Shown one piece after another: positions 36,779 through 47,734 of a DNA stretch of 63,010 bases. Position 1 is the first letter of the stretch. Every line of letters starts with the position of its first letter. Origin of the DNA: Candidatus Ratteibacteria bacterium (GTDB taxonomy: Bacteria; CAIJMQ01); contig JAQURI010000001.1 of NCBI GenBank assembly GCA_028715665.1, positions 1 to 63,010 of the forward strand, given 5' to 3'. The notes below the pieces were generated by a model. The model was not told the DNA's origin, made no database searches, and worked only from the letters and a program-made list of their open reading frames with translations. A program made the translations under genes and the position numbers.

Positions 36779-37573
36779 ATGGTTTCTCGTCAGGAGTCAG
36801 ATAGCGGCAGTGCGACCACCGGTTACTTAATACTGAGTGGTCTATCTGTTATTATATTAGCATTATTTTATAAAGACCCTTTATATTTAGTTTTTGCAAT
36901 TCCGTTAGTTTTAGTATTCACACTTGCGGCATCAGCAGACAAGACTGGAAGAGGGTCAGTAGACGAAGACCTTGAAGCTGTTGGTTGGTCAGACAAAGGG
37001 ATGGAAATTGCGGTACCGCTTGGCATCATTGGAGGAATGGCTGCTTTGTTCATAGGAAGTATTATCACCAAATACACAGCGGACACCGCAAGTATATTAG
37101 TTCCGGATTTCACGGGGGCGTCATCATTATCTACAGCATCAGTAATTCCACCATATTTAAGTTTATCAGTAAATATATTAAGCCAGTGGTTAGTAGTCAG
37201 CAGTTCAGAGGAATCAATGGCGAGGGTCTTGGCTCCATTTGCGTTTTTGAAGATATTCAAAAATATATTCATTGCGTATATACTTGCATCTGCTTTTTGG
37301 ATTCTAATGCACATACCAACATATTTGGCGCAGGGCGCAAACCAAGGGATGTATTTGGTGTTATTGCTTCTTGCATTCGTGACAACATTACTTTATATTT
37401 TTACGAAAAATCTTATGTCATCTATTATCGCTCACAGTACATTCAATACAGGGGTTCTGCTATCATCAAATAATTTCGATGCCGGAACGATGTATGTGGT
37501 TACACTTATCATTGCAATACTGCTTTATGCATGGATATCAGGGGCATTAAAAAGCGGGCAGGTGAAAATATGA
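36779..37573 (+). CDS. CPBP-family intramembrane glutamic protease (CAAX protease-like)
   Basis: EESMAR (EExxxR), ILMH (FxxxH-like) and AHSTFN (HxxxN) motifs within a polytopic membrane protein. Confidence 0.72.
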   Translation: MVSRQESDSGSATTGYLILSGLSVIILALFYKDPLYLVFAIPLVLVFTLAASADKTGRGSVDEDLEAVGWSDKGMEIAVPLGIIGGMAALFIGSIITKYTADTASILVPDFTGASSLSTASVIPPYLSLSVNILSQWLVVSSSEESMARVLAPFAFLKIFKNIFIAYILASAFWILMHIPTYLAQGANQGMYLVLLLLAFVTTLLYIFTKNLMSSIIAHSTFNTGVLLSSNNFDAGTMYVVTLIIAILLYAWISGALKSGQVKI

Positions 37574-38193
37574 GGAGAAGTAGGAAATTCGAAGACGAAT
37601 CCACAACGGCAAAATCGCTTATTATATTCGGATTAATTTTTATCTTATTTTTTGCGACATCGATAGCCCTTACATCGTATCCACAGCATCTTGCAATTAA
37701 TGAAAAAACCGTAATACAGACGATAAAATTTATCGGCAACAACACAGCTATTATAAGGGGAAATCAGGTGCAGTATGGGACTGGAGATGTTATTTCAATT
37801 CAGGGAAGAGATTATATTCGTATTACAGGGAATCAGGTACAAATAGGAAAATCAAATTATCCAGAAGCCGTTAGGACGATAGTATCTGAGTGGTATCAGA
37901 ATATTCTATTTACTCAAAAGGTGGGCAGTTTCAAATCAAACCAAACAGCACAGATAATAATTGATAGCACATCTTTTGTCTTGACACCGTTATCACAAGA
38001 TACGATTAGTGTCACAGCGACAAATATATTAAACACAAAAAATCAAAACCACTATAATATTGTCTTTAAAGCCGGAACAGTTTATATTAATGAGAACGGT
38101 ATTATGTTAAAATTTACAAAAACAGAAGATGTTGTTATAGTCAATACGGTTGGATTTGATAGACATAATAAGATAGCTATACGGGCGATATAA
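37570..38193 (+). CDS. Membrane-anchored hypothetical protein
   Basis: The ATG at 37570 overlaps the upstream stop. Single N-terminal TM segment. Confidence 0.5.
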   Translation: MRRSRKFEDESTTAKSLIIFGLIFILFFATSIALTSYPQHLAINEKTVIQTIKFIGNNTAIIRGNQVQYGTGDVISIQGRDYIRITGNQVQIGKSNYPEAVRTIVSEWYQNILFTQKVGSFKSNQTAQIIIDSTSFVLTPLSQDTISVTATNILNTKNQNHYNIVFKAGTVYINENGIMLKFTKTEDVVIVNTVGFDRHNKIAIRAI

Positions 38194-39756
38194 ATGGCAA
38201 AGAAACCACCAAACAGGGGAGGGTGGTTCGAATGCCCTGATGAATCTGGTAAAGCACCAGAGCACAAAGCAGCAGCAAATAAAAATAATATGATGGGAAT
38301 ACTAAGGGTACCTATGAAAAGGTTAAAACCCGAAGGATATAAGGCACACAAAATAATTATAAACGAACTGCAAGAAGTGACGATTCAGATAGGCCATTTC
38401 CCCACCTCACAAGAACTCAGGCGTATAAATAAAGAAGGTCTTATTGCCAGAATATTTAGGCACGGTGGAATTAACCATTTCAGAACCGAATTGGGTCAGA
38501 AACTCATCAAGAAATCAAAAGACTATTGGTCAGACGAAATAATCGTTTCTGAATTAAAACCAATAATTATTAAAATCGCACATTTTCCCACAAGGGATGA
38601 GTTAATAAACCTAAACAGGGGTGATTTAGCTGGGGCAATAGCCACTAAAGGCGGATACAATAAATTCCAGAATTTATTGGGGTATGAAGCACAACGCAAA
38701 CCAAAGGACTACTGGGCAGATGAAACAGTAATAGCTGAATTAGAACCAATAATAGAACTTTTCGGATATTTTCCAACAATGGAAGAACTTAGAGCGAAGG
38801 AAAGGAGAGATTTAGCTTCTCAAATAGCTATACATGGTGGTGTTAATAAATTCAAAAAATTAATGGGATACCATATAACGAAAAAAGATAATGGTAGTTG
38901 GACTGACGAAATAATAGTTTATGAATTAGAACAAATAACAAAAACGCTGGGACATTTTCCAACAAGGAAAGAATTAATTAGTATAGGGAGGATAGATTTA
39001 ACTGGCGCAATAACACGACACGGCGGAGCAAACAAATTTAGAGGATTATGTGAGAAACCAATTATCCAAAGGACTAAGGGGTATTGGACGGATGCCACGA
39101 TAATTTCAGGAATAAGACTGATTGCAATGAAACTAAATCATTTTCCAATGGTTGCTGAATTGAAAAACGAGGGGAGGGGTGACCTGCAAGCGCAGATAAC
39201 AAATCATGGAGGTGCAAATAAATTTAGAATGTTAATGGGATATCCAATATCCCAATACGATGAATATATATCTGAATTAATGACTTATGTTGGAAGGAGA
39301 GGTAAAAGGTCGGAAGGCATCATCAAACAGATATTAACCGGTTGGGCGCATCTACATAACCTTCCAGACCCAACATACAACAATAGGCTGGCACAAGGAA
39401 ATGTTATCGAATTTATATGTAATGTTGGGAGAAATATAGGAATAGACGTTACAAACACAGAAAGCAAAAAGGCAGTATCTGATAAATGGAGAAAAAAAAA
39501 GTATTACAAATATTTGGATGAACTCTGGATAGTTGTATTCAGTGACTCTTTTTCAGATACAGATTATGACCGATGGAACAAAGAAAGTCCAGAAAACGTT
39601 AAGGTCATGACTATACAAGATTTTTTAGAAGAATTAGATTATCCAATAGACGAAGCAACAAAATGTAAGATAGATAGATATTGCAAATGCACATTCCGCA
39701 CCAAGGACGAATTCATAAAACGACATTTAAATAGGAGTATAGATGATTATGTATAG
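38194..39756 (+). CDS. Protein with five homing-endonuclease-associated (HNH_repeat-like) repeats and a C-terminal PD-(D/E)xK-like nuclease domain
   Basis: Five ~60-aa repeats of the form YW(S/T)DE.I..EL..I...(G/A)HFPT..EL.....DL...I...GG.NKF..L.GY. The C-terminus has IEF...IGIDVTNTESKK (D...ExK). Confidence 0.7.
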   Translation: MAKKPPNRGGWFECPDESGKAPEHKAAANKNNMMGILRVPMKRLKPEGYKAHKIIINELQEVTIQIGHFPTSQELRRINKEGLIARIFRHGGINHFRTELGQKLIKKSKDYWSDEIIVSELKPIIIKIAHFPTRDELINLNRGDLAGAIATKGGYNKFQNLLGYEAQRKPKDYWADETVIAELEPIIELFGYFPTMEELRAKERRDLASQIAIHGGVNKFKKLMGYHITKKDNGSWTDEIIVYELEQITKTLGHFPTRKELISIGRIDLTGAITRHGGANKFRGLCEKPIIQRTKGYWTDATIISGIRLIAMKLNHFPMVAELKNEGRGDLQAQITNHGGANKFRMLMGYPISQYDEYISELMTYVGRRGKRSEGIIKQILTGWAHLHNLPDPTYNNRLAQGNVIEFICNVGRNIGIDVTNTESKKAVSDKWRKKKYYKYLDELWIVVFSDSFSDTDYDRWNKESPENVKVMTIQDFLEELDYPIDEATKCKIDRYCKCTFRTKDEFIKRHLNRSIDDYV

Positions 39757-39774
39757 GCAGAACCAGAGGATAAA

Positions 39775-40329
39775 ATGAATCGCAAATCGAATGGTAAAAT
39801 GGAATCCAACGACCCCATATACTGGTCAATAGTTATTGTCATGTTCGGGCTTTCCCTATCAACGTTCCTTCATGACCCGATTCTGCATGGGATTGCAGCA
39901 AAGATAAACGGTTGGTCAATCGACAGCTATGATATGGGAGGTATATTTGGCATGACCGGTTCAACCTCAGTGATTGCACCAGTATCAGCAAGCTGGCCGT
40001 CACTATGGTTCTACTTCATGTTCCCATCACTGGCAATATTCATCCTCACAGTAATTATTACATTTCTTAAACCTGAAAAGTCGATAATGGTTGGTGGGAC
40101 AATCCTTATGTCCCTTAATTTACCATCTTTGCACCCAACAATAACCGGTTCAGACGCATATAATGCGGTGAACATGCTTTTAAAACACGGATTCTCAGAA
40201 TGGCTTGTGTATGTAGCGCATTTTTTACTATTCATTTTGGTTTTAATTTTATGGGCTTTGTATCTTTACGTCATAATAGAGAACAACCAGAACGATGCGA
40301 AAAAACGTGTAGAGAACATTTATCACTAA
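39775..40329 (+). CDS. Polytopic membrane protein, hypothetical
   Basis: 184 aa with about 5 hydrophobic segments. Confidence 0.55.
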   Translation: MNRKSNGKMESNDPIYWSIVIVMFGLSLSTFLHDPILHGIAAKINGWSIDSYDMGGIFGMTGSTSVIAPVSASWPSLWFYFMFPSLAIFILTVIITFLKPEKSIMVGGTILMSLNLPSLHPTITGSDAYNAVNMLLKHGFSEWLVYVAHFLLFILVLILWALYLYVIIENNQNDAKKRVENIYH

Positions 40330-40359
40330 GGAACACAATCCATATTTATAGAGGCTAAT

Positions 40360-43300
40360 ATGGCACGTGCACATTCATTACAAATATGCGTAGGATTAAT
40401 TTTACTTGCAATATTAATCGGATATTCGGATATAGTGGCTTCAGTTGAACCCCCGGTAATAACATATTCTTTTGATGATGTTACAAAGACTGCCCATATC
40501 AAAGAAGACTTGGTAGAGGCAGTAACCGTGGAGCAAATATCAACATCTCAAGACCTTGTTACGATGGAAGAAGTATTCAAAATCACATCCCATAAAAATA
40601 ATCTGAAAACAAGTGATTTAGGTATAACAACCCACCACAACAAGGTAAAAGGTAAAAAAGAAATTGACCAGACAAAGACAGAATGGTTCATCCAGACTAC
40701 AGTACCATATGGTGTCACAAACAACATTTATGGAACCGTTGAGAACAGCACGTTAATTAACAATATAGTAGCAGCAGACAACATAACAACCACATGGAAT
40801 ATAAACCGCACTCCAGTTCAGTATGGCTCAAACAATGGATTATACAAATGGAATTTCTCAAACGGGATAACCAATTTCACGCCGGACTGGTCGGTTATAG
40901 GATTTGACAGGCATCAAAACCTGACAGGGGACACACTCCCGGTAAATACGATATTTTATTACAACGAGGCAGCAATTGTCGGAACGAATACAACAACAGA
41001 ATACCGGACTGAATGGCAACCACTGGGCAAGAACGATATAAAAATAGATGATGGACAATCGGTTATTCTTAAAGTGATATACCACAAAGAAGCCGAAGCC
41101 GGAATAGTCAGTATCCAAACCATCCCGTCTTTTTATAATACCCCAATACCTGAACTGACGTGGTGGAACAACTCGTGGCAATATGTAGTGAACAACGCAA
41201 TGGTTAACGGTATACGGCCATATCAGATTCCTTTAAATATTACAAATGGTACTGGAACTAATAACGCCACAGATGTTTTCATATCCTGCAAAGCAGTAAA
41301 CTGTTCTGACCTTCGGTTTACATTGGAAAACACAACGGAATTACCATACTGGTTCGAACAGAATACCTCAGATAGTGCAACAACACTGGGCAAAGTATGG
41401 GTAAACGTAACCGGAAACGGTACCGTAAATATGTATTACGGTAATGGAGCAGCAACGTGGGCAAGCAACGGAACAAAAACATTTCCATTTTTTGAAGATT
41501 TCGAAAGTTACGCTGTCGGCTCATCAATAAACAACCAAAACGGCTGGACTGTTACGAGTCAGTATGGAGGAACATTCAGCGGAACGATTGTAAATACAAC
41601 AAGTGTTCCTCCGGGAACAAAATCATTACAAGCATATTCATCTGGTGGCGGGGATGGTGCAGTCAATGTAGCAAAAACATATTCGGCCATATCGGGAGAC
41701 CAGAGATTCGAGGGAAATTTCAGAACAGATAAACCCCAAAGCGGCGGAACATGCACATATTCTTTAGGTGCCTTCGGGGTAGTGATAGCAGTTCCCGGAG
41801 TGACAAATATGTATATGAGTCTAGGAAGATGTATAGATAATACCGGAAATCTGTTCAGTTTTATTGGTTCTACTAATCACACACCATATATATTAAATAC
41901 TTGGTATAATACAAGTGGGATACTAAACTATACTATAGGCAAAGCCACAACTTCTGTAAACGGTACACAATATGCAAATGTTACTCTAAATGGAACCAAC
42001 ACGACTCAAGTTAGCATATCCACATATACCGCTAACGGCGCATGGAGTGAGTGGGCTGACAATCTTCGTATAAGAAGTTATGCATCTCCGGAGCTAACAT
42101 GGTCAACGTGGGGTACGCAGATACAATCCGACTTTAATCCCCCAACATTAACATCATCATCCTTCAACCCGACATCGGGCACCGGTGGAGTATTAACGAC
42201 ACTGACCGCAAATTTTTCTGATAACACCGCTGTTAGTTCAGCTATAGTTTCAATCCAGACCCCGAACCAAACTGCAAGTAATTACACGATGTCCTGTACT
42301 CCATCAGGCACTAATGCTACATGTACCTTGGATTATACGGATACAGATGCAGCAGGGACTTATACCGTATTAAAATTCTATCCAAAGGATAATGCAGGCA
42401 ATGAAGGGTCAATTACACCATCCTTAACTTATCTGGTACTGGCAGTAGTGCAGCCAGTCGATGTCGTAAATGGAGTAACAGCTATCCTGAACACATCAAC
42501 GCCATCGAATGCAACAATGGACGAATTTAAATCAAACGGGATAACCACATCGGTCATAACTCTGGATTGGGATAATATTTCGGCATCAACGTGGAATAAC
42601 ATGCTTCCAGCGATTAATTATTCGTACAATATAGGTATGAGAATAGCCCTGAGATTAAATGTCGGGGGAGACTATAATAATACACCGAACGTAAACAGGG
42701 CAAACATAAATATCACAGCACACTTCCCGGATTTAAAGGTAGACCCGTATGAATCCGATATCCAGTGGATAGAGTTCAATTTCACGAACAGTTCCGCCAC
42801 AGCAGCACAAAGGGGTAATTTCTCAAATAAAATATCCCAGAACATAACTGAACAGACGAATAATAAATTCCCGGTATACACCGTCCAGACGGCTAGTGGT
42901 CTTGACTCGGTGTACGTAAAGAGTAATCCGTTAATTTACTTGAACATCGTAAACGATTCGGATTTTATTTCTCAGGAATCAATCACGACAAGGGGAAACA
43001 CTACAAGGAGCAGGGTATATTCAGGAGCAACAAATTTCACATTAATATCTCTATATAAGACAAATATAATTAACCGGTTAAGGGGTACAATAGCAGGGAC
43101 TCAGCCGGCAGAGACGTATGCCACGAATGTTAATAACGGCAGTGGTGGTTACGATATTATCCTGTATAATAACCAATCCTCGACCCAGAACAGGTCGATA
43201 TCAGGTTTAACCGGAACATACTTAGATACGACAGGAGACGTTCTGAAACAACTTCCAACATCTGGCACACTGTACTTCAATGTATCGGCAAATAGTTTCA

Positions 43301-46300
43301 GCTACATCACAAAAGAAGCAATAGACCGGGTTGTATTGGGAACGACAAGTCATATAGCTTACAGTGTTCCGGAAACGACTAACAAAACCTTCGTCTACGG
43401 GACAAACCAGTATGATAATACAGGCTTGTTAACTGCAAACTTGGATATTAAGACAGAATTATTCGACCCGTCATTCATAAAAACCCCGTTAAGTATCGTA
43501 AATTATGCATGGCTGAATTCATCTCTAATTACAAACTACACGGATTATAAATATGTGATTATCGCAGATAAAAACGCGGCAAGCATCAACGCAACTATAA
43601 ACCAATCAGCAGCAAACACTTACATTTATATTTCAGTCGCTGACTATGCAAATACCGACGCATGGGTAGCTGGAAAGAAAACAGAAGCGGATTGGGCAAT
43701 TGCCCGTGGCTACAACACATTCGTAGATGGTATGGATTCAGGAGTAGGCGGAACGAATTTCAGTGCGCGAATAAAAGAGCTTGTCCAGTACATCAGGGTA
43801 ACAAATAATAAAAAAGTAATCCTGAACACATACACCGCATTTCAAGATTTCGCCACTTTCGGTGATGTAATAATGAAAGAATCGGCGTTCTCAAGATGGG
43901 ACGGAACAGTGAATGCACCGGTATATTCATGGGAAGATATGGACTTAGAAAAACAGAGAGCCAGTTATTTCAATTCACATAATATTCCGGTCGTCTTGAT
44001 GTCATTCGGTGCTGTGGACGATTATGATAAGTTCTACTTCGACTATATGGCAGGTGCTGTACTATACGGGTATAACGGCAACAACACGTTCAGGTATGGC
44101 CAACCCAATTTCCAGAACCAGACGGAAATACGAGTTCCAAACATCGGCACGATGCTTGAATCGGGATTTACTGTCACTTCAACAGCAGACTGGAACAGGT
44201 TATATGCAAAGGGCAGGGTTCATATCGACCCGGTAAATCACACAGCATCAATAGATAATAATAAAACAGTAAACAATATTTCGGTTGACCTATATTTATA
44301 TTCGAACTCCGCTGGTTCAGGGGATAGAAATTTAACCTTAACAGTGAACGAACCGAACGGTACATTCCACAATTTAACATATGGTGCAGAAACAACAGGA
44401 GTCTGGTCTTGGAAGAATATTCCATTATCAGTCAGTGATTATAAGGAACATGGTCACTACAGGATTTATTTCGCTACTAGAGCCGGGGGAGCAGGCGGGT
44501 GGAGTAACTTGGGTAAAGATAATACATCAAAGACAGGCACACATAGCTGGTATGACACAACAGCAGTAAATCTCAATGCCTCAAACGATTCGAATTATAC
44601 ATGGAGTTCACTTGGCAATGATATCCAGTTCATGGCAAGATTGAATGTAAACTACACTACCGCGACTCAGATTGATTCTCTGGCCGTTTCAAGAATCATC
44701 CAGACGACAACAAAATCGGGCGCGAATTACACAATTAACGTAACAGGAACTGCCGAGGTTAATGCCTCCATATATGCGATTACCCAGACACTCCTAACAT
44801 CAAGCATTACAAATATCTGGTTCAAGGCAATAAACGGGTCGTGGATATCAGCCTCATTGCCAGCAGGAAACACTTCGGACATCAATGCAACGAAGATAAC
44901 AAGTTGGACATATACAGTGATAGATGGATACTTGTATGGCGTTGTAACGAGCGTAATTGATTCAGCCCATACTCTGGTACGATTCCTGTTCCCCCATTTA
45001 TCATCTCAGGAAGCGATTGTAGGAATAAGCACACCAATAATAAATAGCTGGAGCAATAACGCAACGAATAATGACTCTCTGGCACCGAGAATAAACCTCT
45101 CAACAGCGATATACTTCTTTGTTACGTCAGACCAGACCATAACGACATGGGAATGGTTCAGGGATGGCGTGAATCAAAACAATAACCAGAGCGATTTCAC
45201 AACTTCATGGAATACCTTGGGTATAAAAACAATAAACATGACAGCAACGAACGACAACGGAACATCCCCGACAAAAACATGGACAGTAACGGTCAGCGAC
45301 ATTACAGACCCGTGGCTGACAAATGAAACTGTACGTGCAACCGCTATAGCTGTGAATGAAAGCAACAACATTTCAGCGAATTTCACAGATGATACTAACA
45401 TTAGCAGTGCAATAATTCGTCTTCAGACCCCAGACCTGACATATTCAGACTATGCAATGACATGCGGAGCGACAGGGAATACATCAAACTGTTATTATGT
45501 AACAACAAACACTTCGGCTTTTGGGACATATAATGTACTTTACTATTCTGTAGTTGATGGTTCTGCGCATAGAAAGAACATAACGACTTCAAATTCATTT
45601 TTGGTTTCAGATAAACCCCATATCATAGATTGGAGCAATACAATAACTTCGAACAACAGTTTATCCGGAATCAGGTTGAACATTTCAACCCCAATATCAT
45701 TCAGTATTACTACCGACGCTATAATCCAGTATTATACATGGAGCATAGACGGGGTTCCACAGGCCGGGGAGAACGCCCGGACATTTTCTACTTCATGGGA
45801 TACTCTGGGTGCAAAGAATGTAAGTGTAACAGCAACCAACCAGTTCGGCACCTCTCTGGCGACAATCTGGAATCTGACTGTCAGTGATATAACAGCCCCA
45901 TGGCTGACGTCAAGCAGCACAGATTCAACAAATAGTTACGTTCAGGGATATGCAGTAACAGTATATGCTAATTTAATGGATGATACCAATATCACTTCAG
46001 TAAAAGCACGAATCGTCAATCCGGACGCATCAGAAGCGAACTGGACAATGGCCTGCGGGATAAGCGGAACAACGGCAAATTGTAATCTTGCATATGCGAC
46101 TACAATGATTTTAGGGAACTATCACATAACATCATTCTATACAGTGGATGGGACAGGGAACCAGAGAAACATTTCATCAAGTTTATCGTTTACAATCCAG
46201 CCCCCACTGGCTGGAGGCAGCACAGGAAGCAGCGGAGACACAATACCAATCAGCGGTGGTGGCGGAGGCGGCGGTGGTGGCAGAGCGGGCGGAACACCAA

Positions 46301-46809
46301 CGCCAGTACCAACACCAGCACCAGCAACCTCGTCAACCACAAACAAAATAAATTTCACGGATATAAGGGAAGGCGCAACAGAACCGACGGCAATAGACGT
46401 TGCAAAATGCCTGACAGATTCTCTCACAATGAATAACCAGTGTTCCTCATTAAACTATGGTGTAGTCGTAGAACCGTTTAACTGGTGGGTCGCAGTTGGA
46501 GCCTATCTGTTCTCACTGGTAGTGATTTTTATCCAAACGATTCGAAGCGATAAAAAACGGGAATGGTTAAAAGAAACATTATTATATGGAACGTTAACTG
46601 TAATCCTATCGGCGATTCTGGTATCGGTAGGATTTAATGTCTATATAATTAACTATCTAATAGATTCCCCGAAATATTTTTATACCTTTTTAAATTTCGG
46701 GGCGTTCGGCACATTTGTTGCTCTAATCGGAGATAGTTATTTTTATAGGAATGATACAAAGCATTATACGTTAAAAAAGAAAATATCTATATTGGAAGAC
46801 TTAAAATGA
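40360..46809 (+). CDS. Giant (2149 aa) sequon-rich cell-surface protein (DUF2341/LamG-like N-terminal region, PKD-like repeats, Gly/Pro-Thr linker, C-terminal TM segments)
   Basis: Signal peptide, then LRFT..ELPYWFE...VWVNV...NMYYGNG (DUF2341-like). Two repeated modules contain W.W..DG....F.TSW.TLG.K...VTATN..GTS (PKD-like). GGGGGGGGRAGGTPTPVPTPAP linker at about 46255-46330, followed by three hydrophobic helices. Confidence 0.85.
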   Translation: MARAHSLQICVGLILLAILIGYSDIVASVEPPVITYSFDDVTKTAHIKEDLVEAVTVEQISTSQDLVTMEEVFKITSHKNNLKTSDLGITTHHNKVKGKKEIDQTKTEWFIQTTVPYGVTNNIYGTVENSTLINNIVAADNITTTWNINRTPVQYGSNNGLYKWNFSNGITNFTPDWSVIGFDRHQNLTGDTLPVNTIFYYNEAAIVGTNTTTEYRTEWQPLGKNDIKIDDGQSVILKVIYHKEAEAGIVSIQTIPSFYNTPIPELTWWNNSWQYVVNNAMVNGIRPYQIPLNITNGTGTNNATDVFISCKAVNCSDLRFTLENTTELPYWFEQNTSDSATTLGKVWVNVTGNGTVNMYYGNGAATWASNGTKTFPFFEDFESYAVGSSINNQNGWTVTSQYGGTFSGTIVNTTSVPPGTKSLQAYSSGGGDGAVNVAKTYSAISGDQRFEGNFRTDKPQSGGTCTYSLGAFGVVIAVPGVTNMYMSLGRCIDNTGNLFSFIGSTNHTPYILNTWYNTSGILNYTIGKATTSVNGTQYANVTLNGTNTTQVSISTYTANGAWSEWADNLRIRSYASPELTWSTWGTQIQSDFNPPTLTSSSFNPTSGTGGVLTTLTANFSDNTAVSSAIVSIQTPNQTASNYTMSCTPSGTNATCTLDYTDTDAAGTYTVLKFYPKDNAGNEGSITPSLTYLVLAVVQPVDVVNGVTAILNTSTPSNATMDEFKSNGITTSVITLDWDNISASTWNNMLPAINYSYNIGMRIALRLNVGGDYNNTPNVNRANINITAHFPDLKVDPYESDIQWIEFNFTNSSATAAQRGNFSNKISQNITEQTNNKFPVYTVQTASGLDSVYVKSNPLIYLNIVNDSDFISQESITTRGNTTRSRVYSGATNFTLISLYKTNIINRLRGTIAGTQPAETYATNVNNGSGGYDIILYNNQSSTQNRSISGLTGTYLDTTGDVLKQLPTSGTLYFNVSANSFSYITKEAIDRVVLGTTSHIAYSVPETTNKTFVYGTNQYDNTGLLTANLDIKTELFDPSFIKTPLSIVNYAWLNSSLITNYTDYKYVIIADKNAASINATINQSAANTYIYISVADYANTDAWVAGKKTEADWAIARGYNTFVDGMDSGVGGTNFSARIKELVQYIRVTNNKKVILNTYTAFQDFATFGDVIMKESAFSRWDGTVNAPVYSWEDMDLEKQRASYFNSHNIPVVLMSFGAVDDYDKFYFDYMAGAVLYGYNGNNTFRYGQPNFQNQTEIRVPNIGTMLESGFTVTSTADWNRLYAKGRVHIDPVNHTASIDNNKTVNNISVDLYLYSNSAGSGDRNLTLTVNEPNGTFHNLTYGAETTGVWSWKNIPLSVSDYKEHGHYRIYFATRAGGAGGWSNLGKDNTSKTGTHSWYDTTAVNLNASNDSNYTWSSLGNDIQFMARLNVNYTTATQIDSLAVSRIIQTTTKSGANYTINVTGTAEVNASIYAITQTLLTSSITNIWFKAINGSWISASLPAGNTSDINATKITSWTYTVIDGYLYGVVTSVIDSAHTLVRFLFPHLSSQEAIVGISTPIINSWSNNATNNDSLAPRINLSTAIYFFVTSDQTITTWEWFRDGVNQNNNQSDFTTSWNTLGIKTINMTATNDNGTSPTKTWTVTVSDITDPWLTNETVRATAIAVNESNNISANFTDDTNISSAIIRLQTPDLTYSDYAMTCGATGNTSNCYYVTTNTSAFGTYNVLYYSVVDGSAHRKNITTSNSFLVSDKPHIIDWSNTITSNNSLSGIRLNISTPISFSITTDAIIQYYTWSIDGVPQAGENARTFSTSWDTLGAKNVSVTATNQFGTSLATIWNLTVSDITAPWLTSSSTDSTNSYVQGYAVTVYANLMDDTNITSVKARIVNPDASEANWTMACGISGTTANCNLAYATTMILGNYHITSFYTVDGTGNQRNISSSLSFTIQPPLAGGSTGSSGDTIPISGGGGGGGGGRAGGTPTPVPTPAPATSSTTNKINFTDIREGATEPTAIDVAKCLTDSLTMNNQCSSLNYGVVVEPFNWWVAVGAYLFSLVVIFIQTIRSDKKREWLKETLLYGTLTVILSAILVSVGFNVYIINYLIDSPKYFYTFLNFGAFGTFVALIGDSYFYRNDTKHYTLKKKISILEDLK

Positions 46810-47474
46810 CAGGCTATAGGAGAACATTAAAAACAATATTTTTTGTGACAATAGCCTTAACGCTCATAATCGCCACAGTATCAGCATCAACAGATATCGA
46901 ATATAAAAAAGGGACTCATATTAAACAGAAATTGGAACTATCAGCGGTAAAAGAAGTCCAGTTTATCGCTGAATGCAATGGTATACTGACAATATCAAAT
47001 TCAGAGAACCGGGTAGACGTACTTTCATCCTGCAAGCCAAGGAATCTGTATATACAGTTTATGGTCTCGAACGATAAAGCAGTATATCAAACCAAGGAAG
47101 TGAACGGAAAAAAAACCGCTATAAGAATATTACAGAAACGAATAGCAGTATCTGAAGATGGAAGGTACAATATACTTTTAACAAAACCAGAATCAACAGG
47201 AAGATTTGAATTCTTGGGTGATTCTATCAATAAGGACGATAATTTTATTGTTGAAGATGCAGCCGACCAAACCATAAAAGCGAACATGCAAACAATAGAT
47301 ATAGAAACAATAATGCAAAAAGATACGGAATTATATAACTCTTTACGGGCAAATAATCTATCTTCAACGGACAAGATGTTCTACAATCATATTAAAAACG
47401 CCATAAAGTCATTTGGATTAGATACTGTATTCAGAAATATAACCACTGCATTAAAACACATCGTTGGAGGATAA
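46806..47474 (+). CDS. Secreted/anchored hypothetical protein
   Basis: ATGA overlap with the giant gene. N-terminal signal anchor. Confidence 0.55.
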   Translation: MTGYRRTLKTIFFVTIALTLIIATVSASTDIEYKKGTHIKQKLELSAVKEVQFIAECNGILTISNSENRVDVLSSCKPRNLYIQFMVSNDKAVYQTKEVNGKKTAIRILQKRIAVSEDGRYNILLTKPESTGRFEFLGDSINKDDNFIVEDAADQTIKANMQTIDIETIMQKDTELYNSLRANNLSSTDKMFYNHIKNAIKSFGLDTVFRNITTALKHIVGG

Positions 47475-47479
47475 AAAAA

Positions 47480-47734
47480 GTGATACTGATTGACCTGATT
47501 ATTGGAACTATACTCATAATCATAATAACGTTAATTCTATGTGAAATATTCGGTGCCTCATATATAGAAGCGTCTCTAATCGGGTTAGTTTTTCTAATCA
47601 TTGCAGTATCGAAACTCGATACAATCAGGCTGGTTAACACATCACCGATATTATCAATAGCTATATCAGCATTTGTGATATCAGTTATATCGATTTGTGC
47701 ATCAATATTTTTGCACAATTTAATATATCGTTAA
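47480..47734 (+). CDS. Small membrane protein
   Basis: 84 aa, three hydrophobic segments, GTG start. Confidence 0.45.
   Translation: MILIDLIIGTILIIIITLILCEIFGASYIEASLIGLVFLIIAVSKLDTIRLVNTSPILSIAISAFVISVISICASIFLHNLIYR

Noticed and set aside
46255-46330. GGT/GGC-rich and CCA/ACA-rich low-complexity DNA, considered as a tandem-repeat or CRISPR-like locus.
   Set aside because: It is in frame within the 2149-aa ORF and encodes a poly-Gly plus Pro/Thr linker. There is no repeat-spacer organisation.
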